DNA from: Eledone cirrhosa
Lineage: Eukaryota
Reading direction: 5' to 3'
Length of the DNA stretch: 64,000 bases
NCBI GenBank assembly: GCA_964016885.1
Contig: OZ024741.1
Span: 231,632,001 to 231,696,000 of the forward strand
The position numbers and the translations under genes were made by a program. Positions 1-14,303 of this stretch are shown in pieces. The notes under the pieces were generated by a model. That model worked only from the letters and a program-made list of their open reading frames with translations, was not told the origin of the DNA and searched no databases. Every line of letters begins with the position of its first letter. Within the stretch, counting starts at the first letter, position 1.

Positions 1-369
1 AGACAGGGATGGGCTGCAGATTCGCTAACCCCAGGCCCCAAACGAAATATGCCCATCCTACTCGCACAACATGCCCCAAACAGGGCCCAAACAAGCCGCT
101 CCAGAAGAATACTGATGTCGCTTGTGCCGCTCCAACAAGGAGAAGGCACGCACATAACGATGAGATATTGGTGGCAGCAGCAGAGCAGTACATTTTTTTA
201 GTGATAGCAGAGAAGATTGTGGGACAGCTGAACTGGCTGCATCATTTTCAGAGCCAACGTCACCCACACCAGCACTCGAGACCACCACAATTAAGGGACC
301 CAGAGTGGCCGCCGCTGACACCAGGTCAGGTGTCATACCGACAGCCAGGGCTGGCACCCTAAGAGTCAC

Positions 370-3300
370 ACAGCAGTGCTGCTGCTGAATGTCAGAGGCC
401 TGGTAAAACTCACTCACATGAGCAAAATTTCCTACCTGGGAGAGTTAGCCATAAGCAATCAAGCATTATGCAGTGCACTAACCGGAACGCACCTGACAAG
501 CAGTATAGCAGATGCAGAAATACATATACCGAAATATACTGTATTTAGTTCGGACAGGAAGGAGAGAACTCATGGTGGGATTGCTCTGTATATCCGTGAA
601 GATGTCACACCAATTGTACTGTTGACACATTCAAACTCTGTCTGTGAGACACTGATAGTACATATGAAGCAACTAAATACAGTAATATGTGTCACATATC
701 GGCCGCCCGATGCCTTCAGTCATGAGGGTAAATTTAAGGATAGCCTCAGTAGGATAGAAGAGGTTCTGGACAAATTGGACCAGGGTCTCAACATTCTATA
801 GCTGGGAGACTTCAAACTGCCAAATGTCAAATGGCCTGAGGTACACCTCCTCCCTGGAATGATGTCATTTGATCAGAGACAGACGGAATCACTGCTGGCC
901 CTCGCACACTGGCTGTTCATCGAACAAGCAGTACTCCTCCCAACAAGAAGCGAACATGTCCAGGACCTCCGTTTCACAAACAACGAAGTGCTCATCCACA
1001 ATGTAAAGGTGACACCAACAATTCTCTCGGATCATAACTTAGTATAACTAATGATATGTGGTCCGAGAGAACCAACAGAGGCACAACCATCAAGAAGCAC
1101 CGGGGCGTTATCCAGCCTTAACTTCTACAAAGCTAACTGGAAAAAGAGCAAGAGAGAAATCCGGAAGCAAATATGGAGCGAAAACACCGACACCAACACA
1201 CAATTTCAACACTTCATGACAACGATACACACTATATGCAAAACGTTTATCCCGGAGAAAAAATCAAACAGAAAAAAAATCTAATTCCCAGAGATAGGAA
1301 ATTCCTCATGAGACGTAGAACCAAGCTCTCAAACAAGTTGAATGCACAACAAGAAAACAAAAACAAGAAAGAATTCTATTTGAAACGTGCACTACTTGAC
1401 ACCTAGATTATACAAAACTTTCCCATGAAAATGAGAGGGCAAAGAAGAAAGCAGAGCCATAGAAAATATTAAAACAAACCGTAAGGCCTTCTTTAAATTT
1501 GCAAAAGAAACTGCCTCGTTACACTGCAAGATTGGGATACACTTCCATATAGACGGTTCATTAACCGAGAATTCCCAAGAGTTAAGTGAAATACTGAACG
1601 AACAGTACAAAAGTGTGTTCAAATGTCCACTGAGGAACATGCAAATAACAAAGCCAGGTGAGTTCTTTGTTGCCACAACTCTACATGACGAAATGGCGAC
1701 CATCAACCACATAAACATAACGGAGGAGGATGTGGTATACGCCATAGATGAAATTAGAACAGACTCAGCTGCTGGACCTGATGGATTCCCAGCAGTCCTC
1801 TTAAAAACATGTAAGCGGGCCTTAGCAACTCACTGAAGACACTCTTCAGAAGCTCCTTGGCTAGCGGTATACTATCCAGGGAGCTGAAAGGAGGTACAAT
1901 ATGCCCTATCCATAAAGGAGGTAGCAGAGCGGAGGCCAAAGACTATAGGCCAGTCTCCCCGACGTCACACATCAGTAAGGTCATGGAGCGATTCTTCAGA
2001 AAGAAACTGATCACTTTACTCGAGGAAAATGACCGCCTGACTAGCACGCAGAAGCTGCCTTACACAGATGTTACATCACTACGACTGGGTATGAAACAAC
2101 TGCTAGACAGCTCACATGTGGACGTGATATATCTCGACTTTGCGAAGGCTTTTGACAAGGTCGACCACGGAATGATATGTCACAAACTACACAGTTTCGG
2201 CATAACTGGAAAAGTAGGTTAGTGGCTGCACGACTTCATAAAGGACAGAAGCTAGACAGTCGCAGCAAACGGGGCCCTCTAAAAGGAAACATCAATAAAA
2301 AGTGGGGTGACCCAAGGCACAGTCTTGGGACCACTACTGTTTTTGCTGGCTCTCTCAGATATGCCCTATTTAGTACATACAACATCCCTAATTAGCTATG
2401 CTGATGACAGTAAGGTAGCATATACAAATGGGCGGAAGGCAACAACATGCAGTTTAATGCTGGAAAATTCCAAGCCCTACAATACAAACCTGGAAACACA
2501 AATACAGTAGAACACAGTTACGCAGGACCAGGAGGGACCGATATCCCCATGTCGAAATCGATACGAGACCTGGGTATAAACATGACCGACGATGCATCAT
2601 TTTCCTCACACATCATGAAAGTGACGACAATGTGCAGACGACTCGCTGGCTGGATCTTGACGACTTTCCGGACAAGTGACCGAGACACCATGTTAACACT
2701 ATGCAGGACATTTGACCTAAGCCGCCTGGACTATTTCTCCCAGTTGTGGTCACCATAGAGTGCCAAACCAACCACGGAGCTTGAGGCAATCCAGTGAAGG
2801 TACAACAAGAGTATTGCCACGATGAAGGAGATAAGCTACTGGGAGAGGCTAAAAGAACTGAACCTCTACTCCTTGGAACGAAGACGGGAGAGATACGCAG
2901 TGATCTACATGTGGACAATCCTGGAGGGACTAGCAAACTTTGACATTTTCAGCTGGACCAACATTCGAACAGGACGTCACTGTGTGGTGCCAAAGGTCCC
3001 GTCTTCCTCATCTAGAATAAGGAGCTGATATTGCAATAGCCTGAGGTTCAAAGGGATACCAGAGATCTGAATGAGGTGGAGGTGGATGTCTTCAAGAAAC
3101 ATCTCGACACCTTGCTATCAAGGATATCGGATGAGCCCACAGCAAGATACGAGGGAAACCTAAGGGCAGCAGCAACAAACTCCCTCCTACACCAGTGGCC
3201 AACCAATTCAGGCTGGAGATAAAATGTGTAGCAACATGGGTGGTGCCCCACCATGGCCTCAGCCGGGTGCTGGAACAGGTAAAAGAGTAAAAGAGTATAA
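370..3300 (+). mobile_element. Decayed non-LTR retrotransposon (CR1/L2-group LINE), ORF2 pseudogene with APE endonuclease and reverse transcriptase
   Basis: Consecutive + strand ORF fragments carry APE motifs (LLLNVRGL, HGGIALYIRE, YRPP, LSDHNLV) and RT motifs (YRPVS, YLDFAKAFDKVDH, QGTVLGPLLFL, YADD, YWERLKELNLYSLERRRERY). Many stops and frameshifts; ends in (TA)n/(TC)n. Bases 1-370 may be an ORF1 remnant. Confidence 0.93.
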
Positions 3301-3828
<528 letters not shown>

Positions 3829-4071
3829 CATAACTTGTGTTTTACACCTCTATTCTTTTATATATATGTAAATCTTTTTTCTGGATGACGAAAGGATGCG
3901 ACATGTGAGTAATAACGCGTTTTGAATTTGTCTTCAGTCATACCCACGTAAGTCATATGACTCCAGTTCCTCAGTGAATTAACAACCCAACAAGGAACTG
4001 GGCATATCAGAGTATTGACAATATTATACACCTAAACAACATATGTACTTGTCTATACCATACTAATTCAA

Positions 4072-4126
4072 ACTGCCTGAAGAGGTCACAGCCAAAGATG
4101 GCTGTCACTGAAATATATATAGCAGT
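4072..4126 (+). ncRNA. Minimal type-I hammerhead ribozyme (PLE pLTR type)
   Basis: actgc-CTGAAGA-stem II (ggtcacagcca/aaga/tggctgtcact)-GAAA-tatata-TA-gcagt, followed by AATAAA. Stem I actgc/gcagt; palindromic helix III loop. Confidence 0.8.
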
Positions 4127-4405
4127 AATAAACGAAGCTAAATTTTAATCATTTGACTTTTATTTAACTTTATTTTACACAACTCCGGAGTAACCAAACC
4201 AACCTGCGCACTTCGTCGAGTGCTCCAGCCTGCATACTGAGGTGTTGGTATACAACCAACATAAACTCAAAATCTATATATATATATAATATATATATAT
4301 ATATAAAATATATATATATATATAATATATATATATATATGAAATATATATACAATATATATATATAAAATATATATATATAATATATATATATATATAA
4401 TATAT

Positions 4406-4492
<87 letters not shown>

Positions 4493-4574
4493 ATATATAT
4501 AATATATATATATGTGTATATATATATATATATAATATATATATAATATATATATATATATATGTATATGTAAG

Positions 4575-4622
4575 AATGTGTGTATACGTACATACATATA
4601 TGTATACAGACGTACAGTAGCA

Positions 4623-4696
<74 letters not shown>

Positions 4697-5215
4697 TACA
4701 TACAGGTACACATACATATATGCACGTATCAGTTTAGCGGAGCTTATTATAACGCCGCTTTGTTCGTTTGTAAACAAACTGAACAGCCCGAATTTTTTTG
4801 CCGTACGGTGTTAAGGCAACCACGTCACCTTTTTGTTCAACACTGACACAGGAACGATGTACTAGTTTCAAGCTTGTTCGTCAAGCTTGTTAGCTATCAT
4901 CAAGCTTGAAACTAGTACATCGTTCCTGTGTCAGTTTGAACAAAAAGGTGACGTGGTTGCCTTAACACCGTACGGCATAAAAATTCGGGCTGTTCAGTTT
5001 GTTTACAAACGAACAAAGCGGCGTTATAATAAGCGTCCGCTAAACTGATACGTGCATATATGTATGTGTACCTGTATGTATATATATATATATATATATG
5101 CATGCTACTGTACGTCTGTATACATATATGTATGTACGTATACACACATAGTTACATTTAAGTAAGTGCCGTACTAAGAGTGAGAAATGAAATTTCGTTT
5201 CCATTTTATTTCAAC
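4575..5215. mobile_element. Inverted pair of a ~470-bp non-coding TA-associated interspersed repeat (family X)
   Basis: 4575-4880 (+) and ~4900-5215 (-) are reverse complements. The same family occurs at 40795-42476 and, more diverged, once per array unit. Confidence 0.8.
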
Positions 5216-5337
5216 ATATATATGTATATATATATATATATATACATAATATATATATATATAATATTATATATATGTATATATAAATATAATATATATA
5301 TATATATAATATATATATATATATAAATAATATATAT

Positions 5338-5382
<45 letters not shown>

Positions 5383-6306
5383 TATTTTTATATATATGAC
5401 ATATATATATATATAATATATATATATTATAGTTTAATAAATGAGCAGAGAACAAAAATCAGTAAGGCAGTACAAATGATATTGTATTTAGTTTCACACT
5501 TGAGAGTGGGGCTGTGGGACGAGATTTCGGGTATAAGTCCTTCATCAGGAGAACAGTAGGTAGGAAGAGAGTTCCGAGGGTGTGTGGGGGAGTGGGGGAA
5601 AGGCATTTTAAAAAGGGGGGTGGCAAGGGAGACAAAACAATTTTTTTTAGAGAATGTTTAAAAGTCCGGAGTCTGAGTGTGTGTATGTGGGGATACGTAT
5701 GTGTGTGATTGTGTTTACATGTGGTGTGGATGTAGGTGGCTTTGTTCGAAAATAATATTTGTTCGTGTGTATGTTCCTAAGGTATTTCCATGGATTGTGA
5801 GACAAGATGTTGGAGATTTCAGGTGTCGTAGAATCGATTGCTGGAACGATGACCGGTGGTGTGAAATCCTGGTGTGGTAGTGCGGAAGTGGAGAGATTTG
5901 GGGTGAGCGCGCAAGAGGGTGTGGTCAGAGGGTCAAGGCAGGGTGAAGAAATAGCTGTAGAGCAGCATGAGAGGTAAAGAAAGGGTCTGTATGTGGTGTG
6001 GAGTGTGTGGCTGTGTGTGCCGAGGTGCGGTGGACAGGGGAGTGGATGTGTAGGTGTGAAAGATGGAGGGAGAAGGTGGTGGTGTGGGGGATGGCATGTA
6101 CATTAGTGGAGGTGTGAGGAGGTGTAAGTGGAGCGGGAGAGAGAGAAGGGGAGAGAAACATTACGTTAAAGGTAAAAGCAGCGATTCTTTGCTTAAACTT
6201 TAACCTGATATTTTAATAAATATTTGCTCTAAGGTTCTTATATATCTGATATATATTTATCCTTATCGAGCCCTCTTTAGATTTTAGTCTTAAAATTTAT
6301 TATTAT

Positions 6307-6350
<44 letters not shown>

Positions 6351-6983
6351 ATTCCAAAGAATAGTTACTTAAAATATATACAGTATTCTTCTCCCAGTCA
6401 GTATAAATTAACCACATAAAACATCTTTTAAACGAGGTTATAAGTTTAAAATGCACTTATGAAGGAATAGTCAAATGATACAGATTCTTTTCCGCGATGT
6501 ACAGCCATATGACACTCACCAAATTATTTCTTCTACCCTGTAGAAATTGACTAGACAAATATTTAACTACACGGAATTAGGTACAAAATCGAAGTTTGAA
6601 GAAAAAAATGCACATAAATTTTACCAGATTTCTCATAGTCTCTACCAGCCGGTGGCTTCGTTCCACTTTTTGGATATACCCGGTCTTGGATAAATCCAGG
6701 AGGCTCTCAACCCATTAGGAGATTCTCCAGACTGGACTAAGATTCTTCTACCATGATCCCCGCCAGAAATGAATTCAAAATGGTTAAGAACCATCACGTG
6801 GCCAGTGATCTAGTCATATATATATATATATATATATATATTGATCTATACATATATATTTATTTATATATATATATATAACTATATATGACAAAAGATT
6901 AGTATGGTTCGTCGATTATTCATTGCATACAATTTTACAATATATTAGAAGCACTCAACAATTATATTTTCATGGAGTTTATT

Positions 6984-7043
6984 TTTGTCTGATGAGGACG
7001 TACTGAAAAAACAACAAAGTACCTCTGCAATATATATAATAAA
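6984..7043 (+). ncRNA. Degenerate type-I hammerhead motif
   Basis: tttgt-CTGATGA-gga(c)gtact...agtacctct-GCAA-tatata-TA-ataaa; the core GAAA is mutated to GCAA. Confidence 0.45.
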
Positions 7044-7136
7044 GTATATATTTTGATTATGAGAATATTCTTTATTTGTTAATATTTTTAATAATATATA
7101 AATATATATAGATATATTGATCTATACATATATTTT

Positions 7137-7176
<40 letters not shown>

Positions 7177-7251
7177 AATTAATATATATATTAATATATA
7201 TATATATTTATTAATATATATATGTATATATATATACTTATATATAAATTA

Positions 7252-7460
7252 ATACAGGGTATATATAATTATACAACTACCACCTATACAAGGTATATAT
7301 AGTTATACAGCTACCAGTTATAGAGGGTATATATAGTTATACAGCTACCAGCTATACAGGGTATATATAACTATACTTCTACCAGCTATACAGGGTGTAT
7401 ATAATTATACAGCTACTAGTTATACAGGGTGTATATAGCTATACAGCGACCAGCTATACA
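7252..7460. repeat. ~34-bp minisatellite, about 6 copies
   Basis: Unit approximately atacagggtatatataattatacagctaccagct, repeated in tandem. Confidence 0.9.
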
Positions 7461-7765
7461 TTTGGCTTCACACCACCACCACTACCACCACGGTAAAGGG
7501 GGTCAACTGGACTTAAACATTCTGATAAAAACAACTATACAGGCTGACCTGTCTATGAAGAATTTCTATAGATTTTCGGCTGGGATGTAGTATGATAACT
7601 GACCAATGGAGTACGAGCGTGTCCTCGGACGCTAAAATTCGTTTGTTCTAGCCCATATGTTTCCAGTTCCTCGTAGGACATACCCAGGAGCTGGACATAT
7701 CGATAAATTGACAGAGTGGAACACATTTCAACACCATGTTTACCTGTACTTTCTACATTAATTCG

Positions 7766-7958
7766 TACTTCCTGAAGAGGTCACAGCCAATAATAGCTGT
7801 CACTAAAATATATATAGCAGATAATAAACGAAGCCAAATTTAAATGTTTGATTTACCTATTTTACATTACTCCGTAATAAACAAACCAACCTGCGTAATT
7901 CGTCGAGTGCTCCAACCTGCATACTTGGGTGTCAGTAAACAACCAACACATACTCAAA

Positions 7959-7960
<2 letters not shown>
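7766..7960 (+). mobile_element. Second copy of the hammerhead-bearing pLTR-like element at ~4070-4275, with degenerate core
   Basis: Collinear similarity to 4070-4275. CTGAAGA and stem II are retained, but GAAA reads AAAA. Confidence 0.7.
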
Positions 7961-8031
<71 letters not shown>

Positions 8032-8100
8032 AAAATGTTCAACCACGACGGCAGAGCTCAAGCCGTTTCGACGACTATTTCTGGAGTCCAGAAATTCCTC

Positions 8101-8158
<58 letters not shown>

Positions 8159-8308
8159 ATATATATATATATATATAAGTCCTTCATTATATATATATTA
8201 ATATAAATATATATAATAATATTAATATATATATATATATATAATTTTATTTTATTTTTAACTCAGTGAGCATATATATTTGTTATTGTATTTAATATAC
8301 TGATAATA

Positions 8309-8696
8309 TCTATATATATAAAACAGAGAATGTATGTCTGTCTATCTGTCTGACTCCCTAAAACTCGAGAACCACCCAACCAATTGTTTTCAAACTTTAC
8401 ACATGTAATACTTATGGTCGTGTCAGAAAAAAAATTTCAAATTTTCAATGCACTAGCGACTGTATTAGATAGCTATAACGTCGCGCCTTTATAATATCTG
8501 TCCGTATATCTGTCTGTCTGCATTACGACATTTACTTCGCTATCTCTGTGTATATAAGTATATGTAATGTGTGTATATATAGTGTGTAATGTTTTTCGAA
8601 ATATTTACTTCTGCGTTTACAGATTGATTTTTTAAATTTCAGAACATCCCGTTTAGGATGAAAGTAGCGATTTTTCGCTTAAACTTTAATCTCTTA

Positions 8697-8727
<31 letters not shown>

Positions 8728-8764
8728 GTACTGCCTCTCTGTTCTGTCCCTGTTCACATATTTC

Positions 8765-8848
<84 letters not shown>

Positions 8849-9135
8849 TATTCGTGTACAGACATTTTTGCATACACAATAACAAAATATAAACAAACGT
8901 ATTTATTTCACGAGGCTCGATAGCAGCAAAAGCAAAAAAAAAAAGAGGGAACGCAATTACATGCATTTGAAAAATCTTAATGGAAAATTATTTGCTAATT
9001 CACCCAAGGTGACTTCACTTTTTATTAGGATTTCTGCATCAATTGGTGAACAAACGACGAAACTGTTTCAGAAAGGAGGAATAAACATGCCAATCTATGT
9101 TTAGAATCCCGAGCAACACCGGGCCATTCTGCTAC
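8309..9135 (+). mobile_element. Non-autonomous Helitron-like element
   Basis: A|TC 5' end (tctatatatataaaacagagaatg, then tctg repeats). 3' hairpin CCCG-agcaacac-CGGG followed by CTAC|T (CTAG-like). Confidence 0.65.
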
Positions 9136-9660
9136 TATATATATCTAAAACAGAATGTCTGTCTGTCTGTCTGTCTGCCTCTCTGACTCCCTAAAACTCA
9201 AGAACCAGCCAACCGATTGTTTACAAACTTTACACATGTAATACTTATGGTCGTGTGAGTGTTTTGAGTAAAGAATATTTCGATTTTTCAATGTCCTAGG
9301 GATCGCATTAGATAGCTATAACGACGCGCCCTTTTACTATCTGTCTGTATGACTGGCTGCCTGCGTTAGAACATTATGACACTATATGTGTGTGTATATG
9401 TATATATAGTGTGTGTGTATATATATATACAGTGTGTAACGTGGTATCCGTATAATATCTGTCTGTATGTCTGGTGTCTGCATTACGACATTGATTTCGC
9501 TATCTGTGTGTGTGTGTATATATATATAAATAGTGTGTAACGTTTTTCGAAATATTTACATCTGTTGCTCACAGATTGTTTTTTTTTTTTTAGTGTAAGA
9601 AGATCCCGTTAAAATGAAACCAGCGATTCTTTGCTTAAACTGTAATCTGTTATTTTAATA
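9136..9660 (+). mobile_element. Second, 3'-truncated head-to-tail copy of the Helitron-like element
   Basis: Diverged direct repeat of 8310-8700, starting immediately after the first copy's 3' end. Internal fragments also occur at ~6165-6220 (+) and ~18615-18730 (-). Confidence 0.65.
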
Positions 9661-9719
9661 TATATATGTATATTATAAATAACACGAAAAATCAGTGGTG
9701 CATCTGAACTCAATTTATT

Positions 9720-9809
9720 GTATGTTACAATTGTTTCGCTGGCGGATAGCTCGAGTCAGGATCATTGTGTGTATCTGTCTGATTCTAGACCTGCGGGCTC
9801 GTCGGATAC
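9720..9809 (-). ncRNA. Degenerate type-I hammerhead motif with long helix II
   Basis: Minus strand reads gtat-CCGACGA-gc...gc-GAAA-caattg-TA-acatac-AATAAA. Palindromic loop III; U4 changed to C. Confidence 0.4.
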
Positions 9810-10170
9810 TTCCAATGATTTCGGAGCAAATTTTTTCACTGGGGTGTTAGCGTAAAAAACATCCTCTTGGCGCATCACGTTATTGGCTGCTGCTTTTCTA
9901 CGTCGTCGTAAATCATTCCGCCACACTTCGGAGATTTACTACTGGGTTTGGAAGTTGACGTGGCAACCTGCGCACTCACACACACTTATATACACACACA
10001 CGCACACACACACACACAATCCCATAGAGAACAACATCCGTACGCATAGACTCCCGCCACACACACTTAGGGAAAACAAAGAAAAAATAAACATAGACAT
10101 ACACATACACAGGTGCCTGCCTACATGCCCATATACAGACTGGCTCACAAACACATATATATATATACAT

Positions 10171-10233
<63 letters not shown>

Positions 10234-10258
10234 TACACACACAGGTCCATATATATAT

Positions 10259-10304
<46 letters not shown>

Positions 10305-10739
10305 ATATGGTGGCTGCCAACTGGTTTTCGAGTACGGCCACTACTTTATATCCATGTAGGAGAACCCCTACTGATGCGCTGAACGAGTGTGACTTTTAGT
10401 CCAGTCAGAGACTTGAAAACTCTGGTACAAACACTACACTTGTGACAATTATTGACACATAGTGCTGGGCCCATGGAAACCATGTGACGACAAGTGCAGA
10501 GAGATCTCCACATATAAAGCAATGTACACACATGTACACAGACACACACATGTACACACACATGTACACACACACACATATATATAAACACACATATTTA
10601 TATATCTACATACACTCATACATATATACACACCAACAAGCCCTTTCGTTAGATTATGTGCTTGTACACACACTAGCTCATATACGCTCTTACAAATAGT
10701 CGTATATTCACATACAGGCCCACGCATGCCTATAAATAC

Positions 10740-10858
<119 letters not shown>

Positions 10859-10994
10859 TACATGCACATTCGAGACGGACACTAGACGCAAAACACATTC
10901 ACGCTGCTACACACACAAGAACAGGACTAGATCTAAGGACGTTACTTATTCTACGTATGTATGCAGCAATATGCCAGGCCTCTTTTTCCGAGCG

Positions 10995-11635
10995 TTAGAC
11001 GAATGCTTCCCGTCGTCGAACAGATACCACAAGATCTTCAACCGCCACACGATGAAGTTCTCCCTCTCCACACCATCTAACATGGCCGACTAAATGGCCA
11101 AAACCAACGCGGCGAAGATGGGGAACCTCGACCGTCGTCAACCGCGGCGGTAGAATGACTGTCCATCGGAGCACAGAGGCCCCGCGGCAGACTAGACTTC
11201 CAACCGCAACCCAGACCTCGCGGTGGCTGCCACGCCCGCGGAAGACAGTACAAGCCAACGCCGGGCGAGAATGAGTGGCGGAGGAGAGACCAGCGTGTCG
11301 GCGGAACAATACCCTGAGAATCCGGAGAGAGCCCTAAGAGATCAGGGGCCAGGCGTCCAAAATGAACAATATAGCAACAGAACGTGACAGTGTAGAGCGG
11401 GCACGCTGTTCCCCCTGCAGGGAAAATGCCTGATGAAGGGCCTGGTATATACGTATGTGGTTAGCATACACAATACAAAGCGCACTTACATCGGCGCAAC
11501 ATCCACGCCCTTTAAATCGCGTATGTATAACCACTCGAACTCTTTCAAGGACCGGAGTAAGTGGCACTCTAATAGGCTGGCGAACCTGGTGTGGGACTTG
11601 ACAGACAAGAGCACCCGTATGCCCTTGACTGGAGT
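10995..11635 (+). mobile_element. Penelope-like element fragment (RT thumb/linker and GIY-YIG endonuclease), decayed
   Basis: Translations ECFPSSNRYHKIFNRHTMKFSLS and CPLQGKCLMKGLVY...TYIGATSTPFKSRMYNHSNSFK...LANLVWDL. Confidence 0.85.
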
Positions 11636-11639
11636 ATCG

Positions 11640-12600
11640 AAATTGTTATCCCTGTCTGCTTTAGTTCAAAGGTGGTTGCTAAATTTAATTAAGCTTCTTA
11701 CATGCAGTTAAGATGATGTGCATTTCATTGCTAGATAAATCAGTATATTTAAATGCATTAAGTAAATTAGGAGTGATAGATGAGTAATAATTAGCAATAT
11801 CCAATTGAATGAATTTATTGTTATGCTTATATTTAATGTCCTTAAACCAGTCAATAACTTCATTAGTCCCATTCCATAATTTTAAATAATATATTTCCTT
11901 AAGTTGCGGTATGATTCTATCTAAGATATTTTTGCTAACTATGCCAAGGTCCGATTTAGATGGTGCAATAAGTCTAACTGGTAATTCAATTTCAAAATTT
12001 CTTTTGTGGTCTTTCAAGTTAATATTTGGTTTCCTAGGTATGAAGGGTTGAGTTCTATTTTCGATGCCCTCTTTCTCTTTCGATGCCCTCTTTCGCTTTT
12101 TCTTTCTACTCACTTATTCTCTTTCTCTTTCTTCTCTCTCCCTCTCACTACTCTTTCTCCCTCTTTTATCAATATTTTTTTCAATATTCTTTTCTCTCTC
12201 CCTCTCAATACTTTTTCCTTTCTCTCTCCATCTCCATATTTGTTCTTTCCTTCACACTCTCTCAATATTATATATTTTTTCTTTTTTCTTCTATCTCTCT
12301 CTTTCTCTTTCTATTCCCTTCTCTCTCCCATCTCACTATTCTATCTCCCTCCCTTTCAATATATTTTTTCCCTCTATCTCTCTTCTCCCTCTCAATTTTT
12401 TCTCTTTATCTCTCTCCCCCTCAATTTTTGTCTCTCTCCCTTTTACATCTAGTTTGTCTCTCTCACTTTTACATCTATTTTCTTCCAACAGTTTAATTTA
12501 AATAAACCGTTGTTTTTTTTCAATTTTTCTGACACTCATTTGCATACTTACTCACAACTTTGTATCACCCTCAATTATCTTCACTATCCAGCGAATTTCA
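11640..12600 (-). mobile_element. Penelope-like element fragment (N-terminal part of RT), decayed
   Basis: ORF 11685-12113 has LKDHK..F....PVRLIAPSKSDLGIVSKNILDRI, W..T.EVIDWF and FIQLDIANYYSSIT. Upstream is a K/E/R-rich low-complexity tract. Confidence 0.85.
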
Positions 12601-12657
12601 ACCGTTGAGGTTGTCTTTTTTCCGGGTATGTCAATATTTATTTATAAAACAAATCTG

Positions 12658-12723
12658 TATTTTATCTGATGAGAGCGCACCATAATTTAGCTTGGTCGCC
12701 CTTGAAATATATATAATAAAATA
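12658..12723 (+). ncRNA. Minimal type-I hammerhead ribozyme
   Basis: tattttat-CTGATGA-imperfect stem II (gagcgcacca...tggtcgccctt)-GAAA-tatata-TA-ataaaata. 8-bp stem I overlapping AATAAA; adjacent to the PLE fragment. Confidence 0.7.
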
Positions 12724-12791
12724 ATTATGGTTTTATAAATATAGTTTCCATTTATTAACACATTGTATATATATATCTATATATATGAATA

Positions 12792-12871
<80 letters not shown>

Positions 12872-12877
12872 TAAACA

Positions 12878-12940
<63 letters not shown>

Positions 12941-14303
12941 GGTATAACAGGTTATCGTTATAGGCAGTCCACTTAGATGTAGTCCAGTTAGAGTACTCCT
13001 ATCTTAAGGAACGATAAGATGCTACTCAACAGCAAAATAAAAAGGTCAATTTTCTGCAGACATAGGATTGCTACAAAATTCGCTAGATTTAAACCACCGT
13101 GATTCGAAGCAGCATCCCTATATTAAGGGAAAATCCCTTAGAATTTAACATAAGGAATCCACATTCTCATAGAGCCCACTTCAGAACCATAATCTCCTAT
13201 AAACACCTTCTAGCCTCCCTACATCTATACCACTAGGAAGGGGCAGTAATGTCTACAAATATCTTGTAAGCCCATAAATCAATCCCATTTGCTGTTGTTT
13301 ACTCCTTCGGACCAAACAATTATATATACGTATCTCACATTAGCACTCATGATCTCTAACAGATGAACTTAATTCTAAGTACATTATCTTATTACTCCTA
13401 CACTCCTTGACATTTTATTTTCCTCTTATTATTATTATTATGATCATCTCAATGTATCCTTAATTTTATTCATCATGTTCTCTCTATTTACCATGTTTAT
13501 TTTATTATTTTATTGCTTTTATTGTCTGTATTATTGTTGTTATTATTGTCTTATTTATACACTATTGGTTATTGATGTTGTGAAAACTAAACCCCCATGA
13601 TTCGAACTAACAACCCCAACTTTTAGAATAAGCCACCTAAATAACGAATCTACAACTTCACTTAATACCACATAAGAACCATATATCTCTATGCACCCAC
13701 TCTATCATCCTCACTAAGTTGATACAACGAAAATACTTATCTGTCAAAAAATAAATCAATCTCTGATTTATTGCTAGTGTGCTTTTAGACCTACATCACA
13801 CGTATATACCTCATAATTACTCCTAAATCCTGACTCCAAGTACATTTTATCAGTTATCTCTCCACCACCTTAACACCACATTTAATGTACCCTATAGCAG
13901 TTTTCACATGTCAATTTCATACATCTGTATCCTATCAGTTCGTTTAATTTGCTAGATTCATCATTATACTCTATTTCTTACTTATATTCATGTTATTATT
14001 TTAACTATTCAGTATCTAGTTATTTTATTATTGATATTATTGTTCTGGTTTAATACCACTCCTCATTAAAATCAATGCATTGAGTATCTTCCTCACTTTC
14101 GCACGCTCTCATGAAACAACTGCTTATAAACAAAGTATTGGAGATTGATTGACGCAACATCAAGCTAGTAGCGATCTCTAGACAAACCAGATCAAAAAAA
14201 CAATTGTCAGGAATGTCAATACAGCCCTTATTGTATAGCCAAACATGTCACTCTTCTTTCATGAATTATATAAATAAATATATATATATATATATATATA
14301 AAA

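Noticed and set aside
5505-5900. Minus-strand CTGATGA...GAAA motif near 5524-5548 and a possible GIY-YIG remnant (TRISHHRSS)
   Set aside because: Stems I and III do not form convincingly and the protein similarity is too weak; at most an old PLE relic.
12006-12501. Three overlapping F/L/S-rich ORFs resembling membrane proteins
   Set aside because: Artefact of a CT-rich low-complexity tract, the antisense of a purine-rich PLE segment.
13080-13830. Diverged ~500-bp-period duplication (aaacc.cc.tgattcgaa...) upstream of the array, as a candidate source of upstream exons
   Set aside because: No convincing paired splice sites or conserved open frame found by eye.
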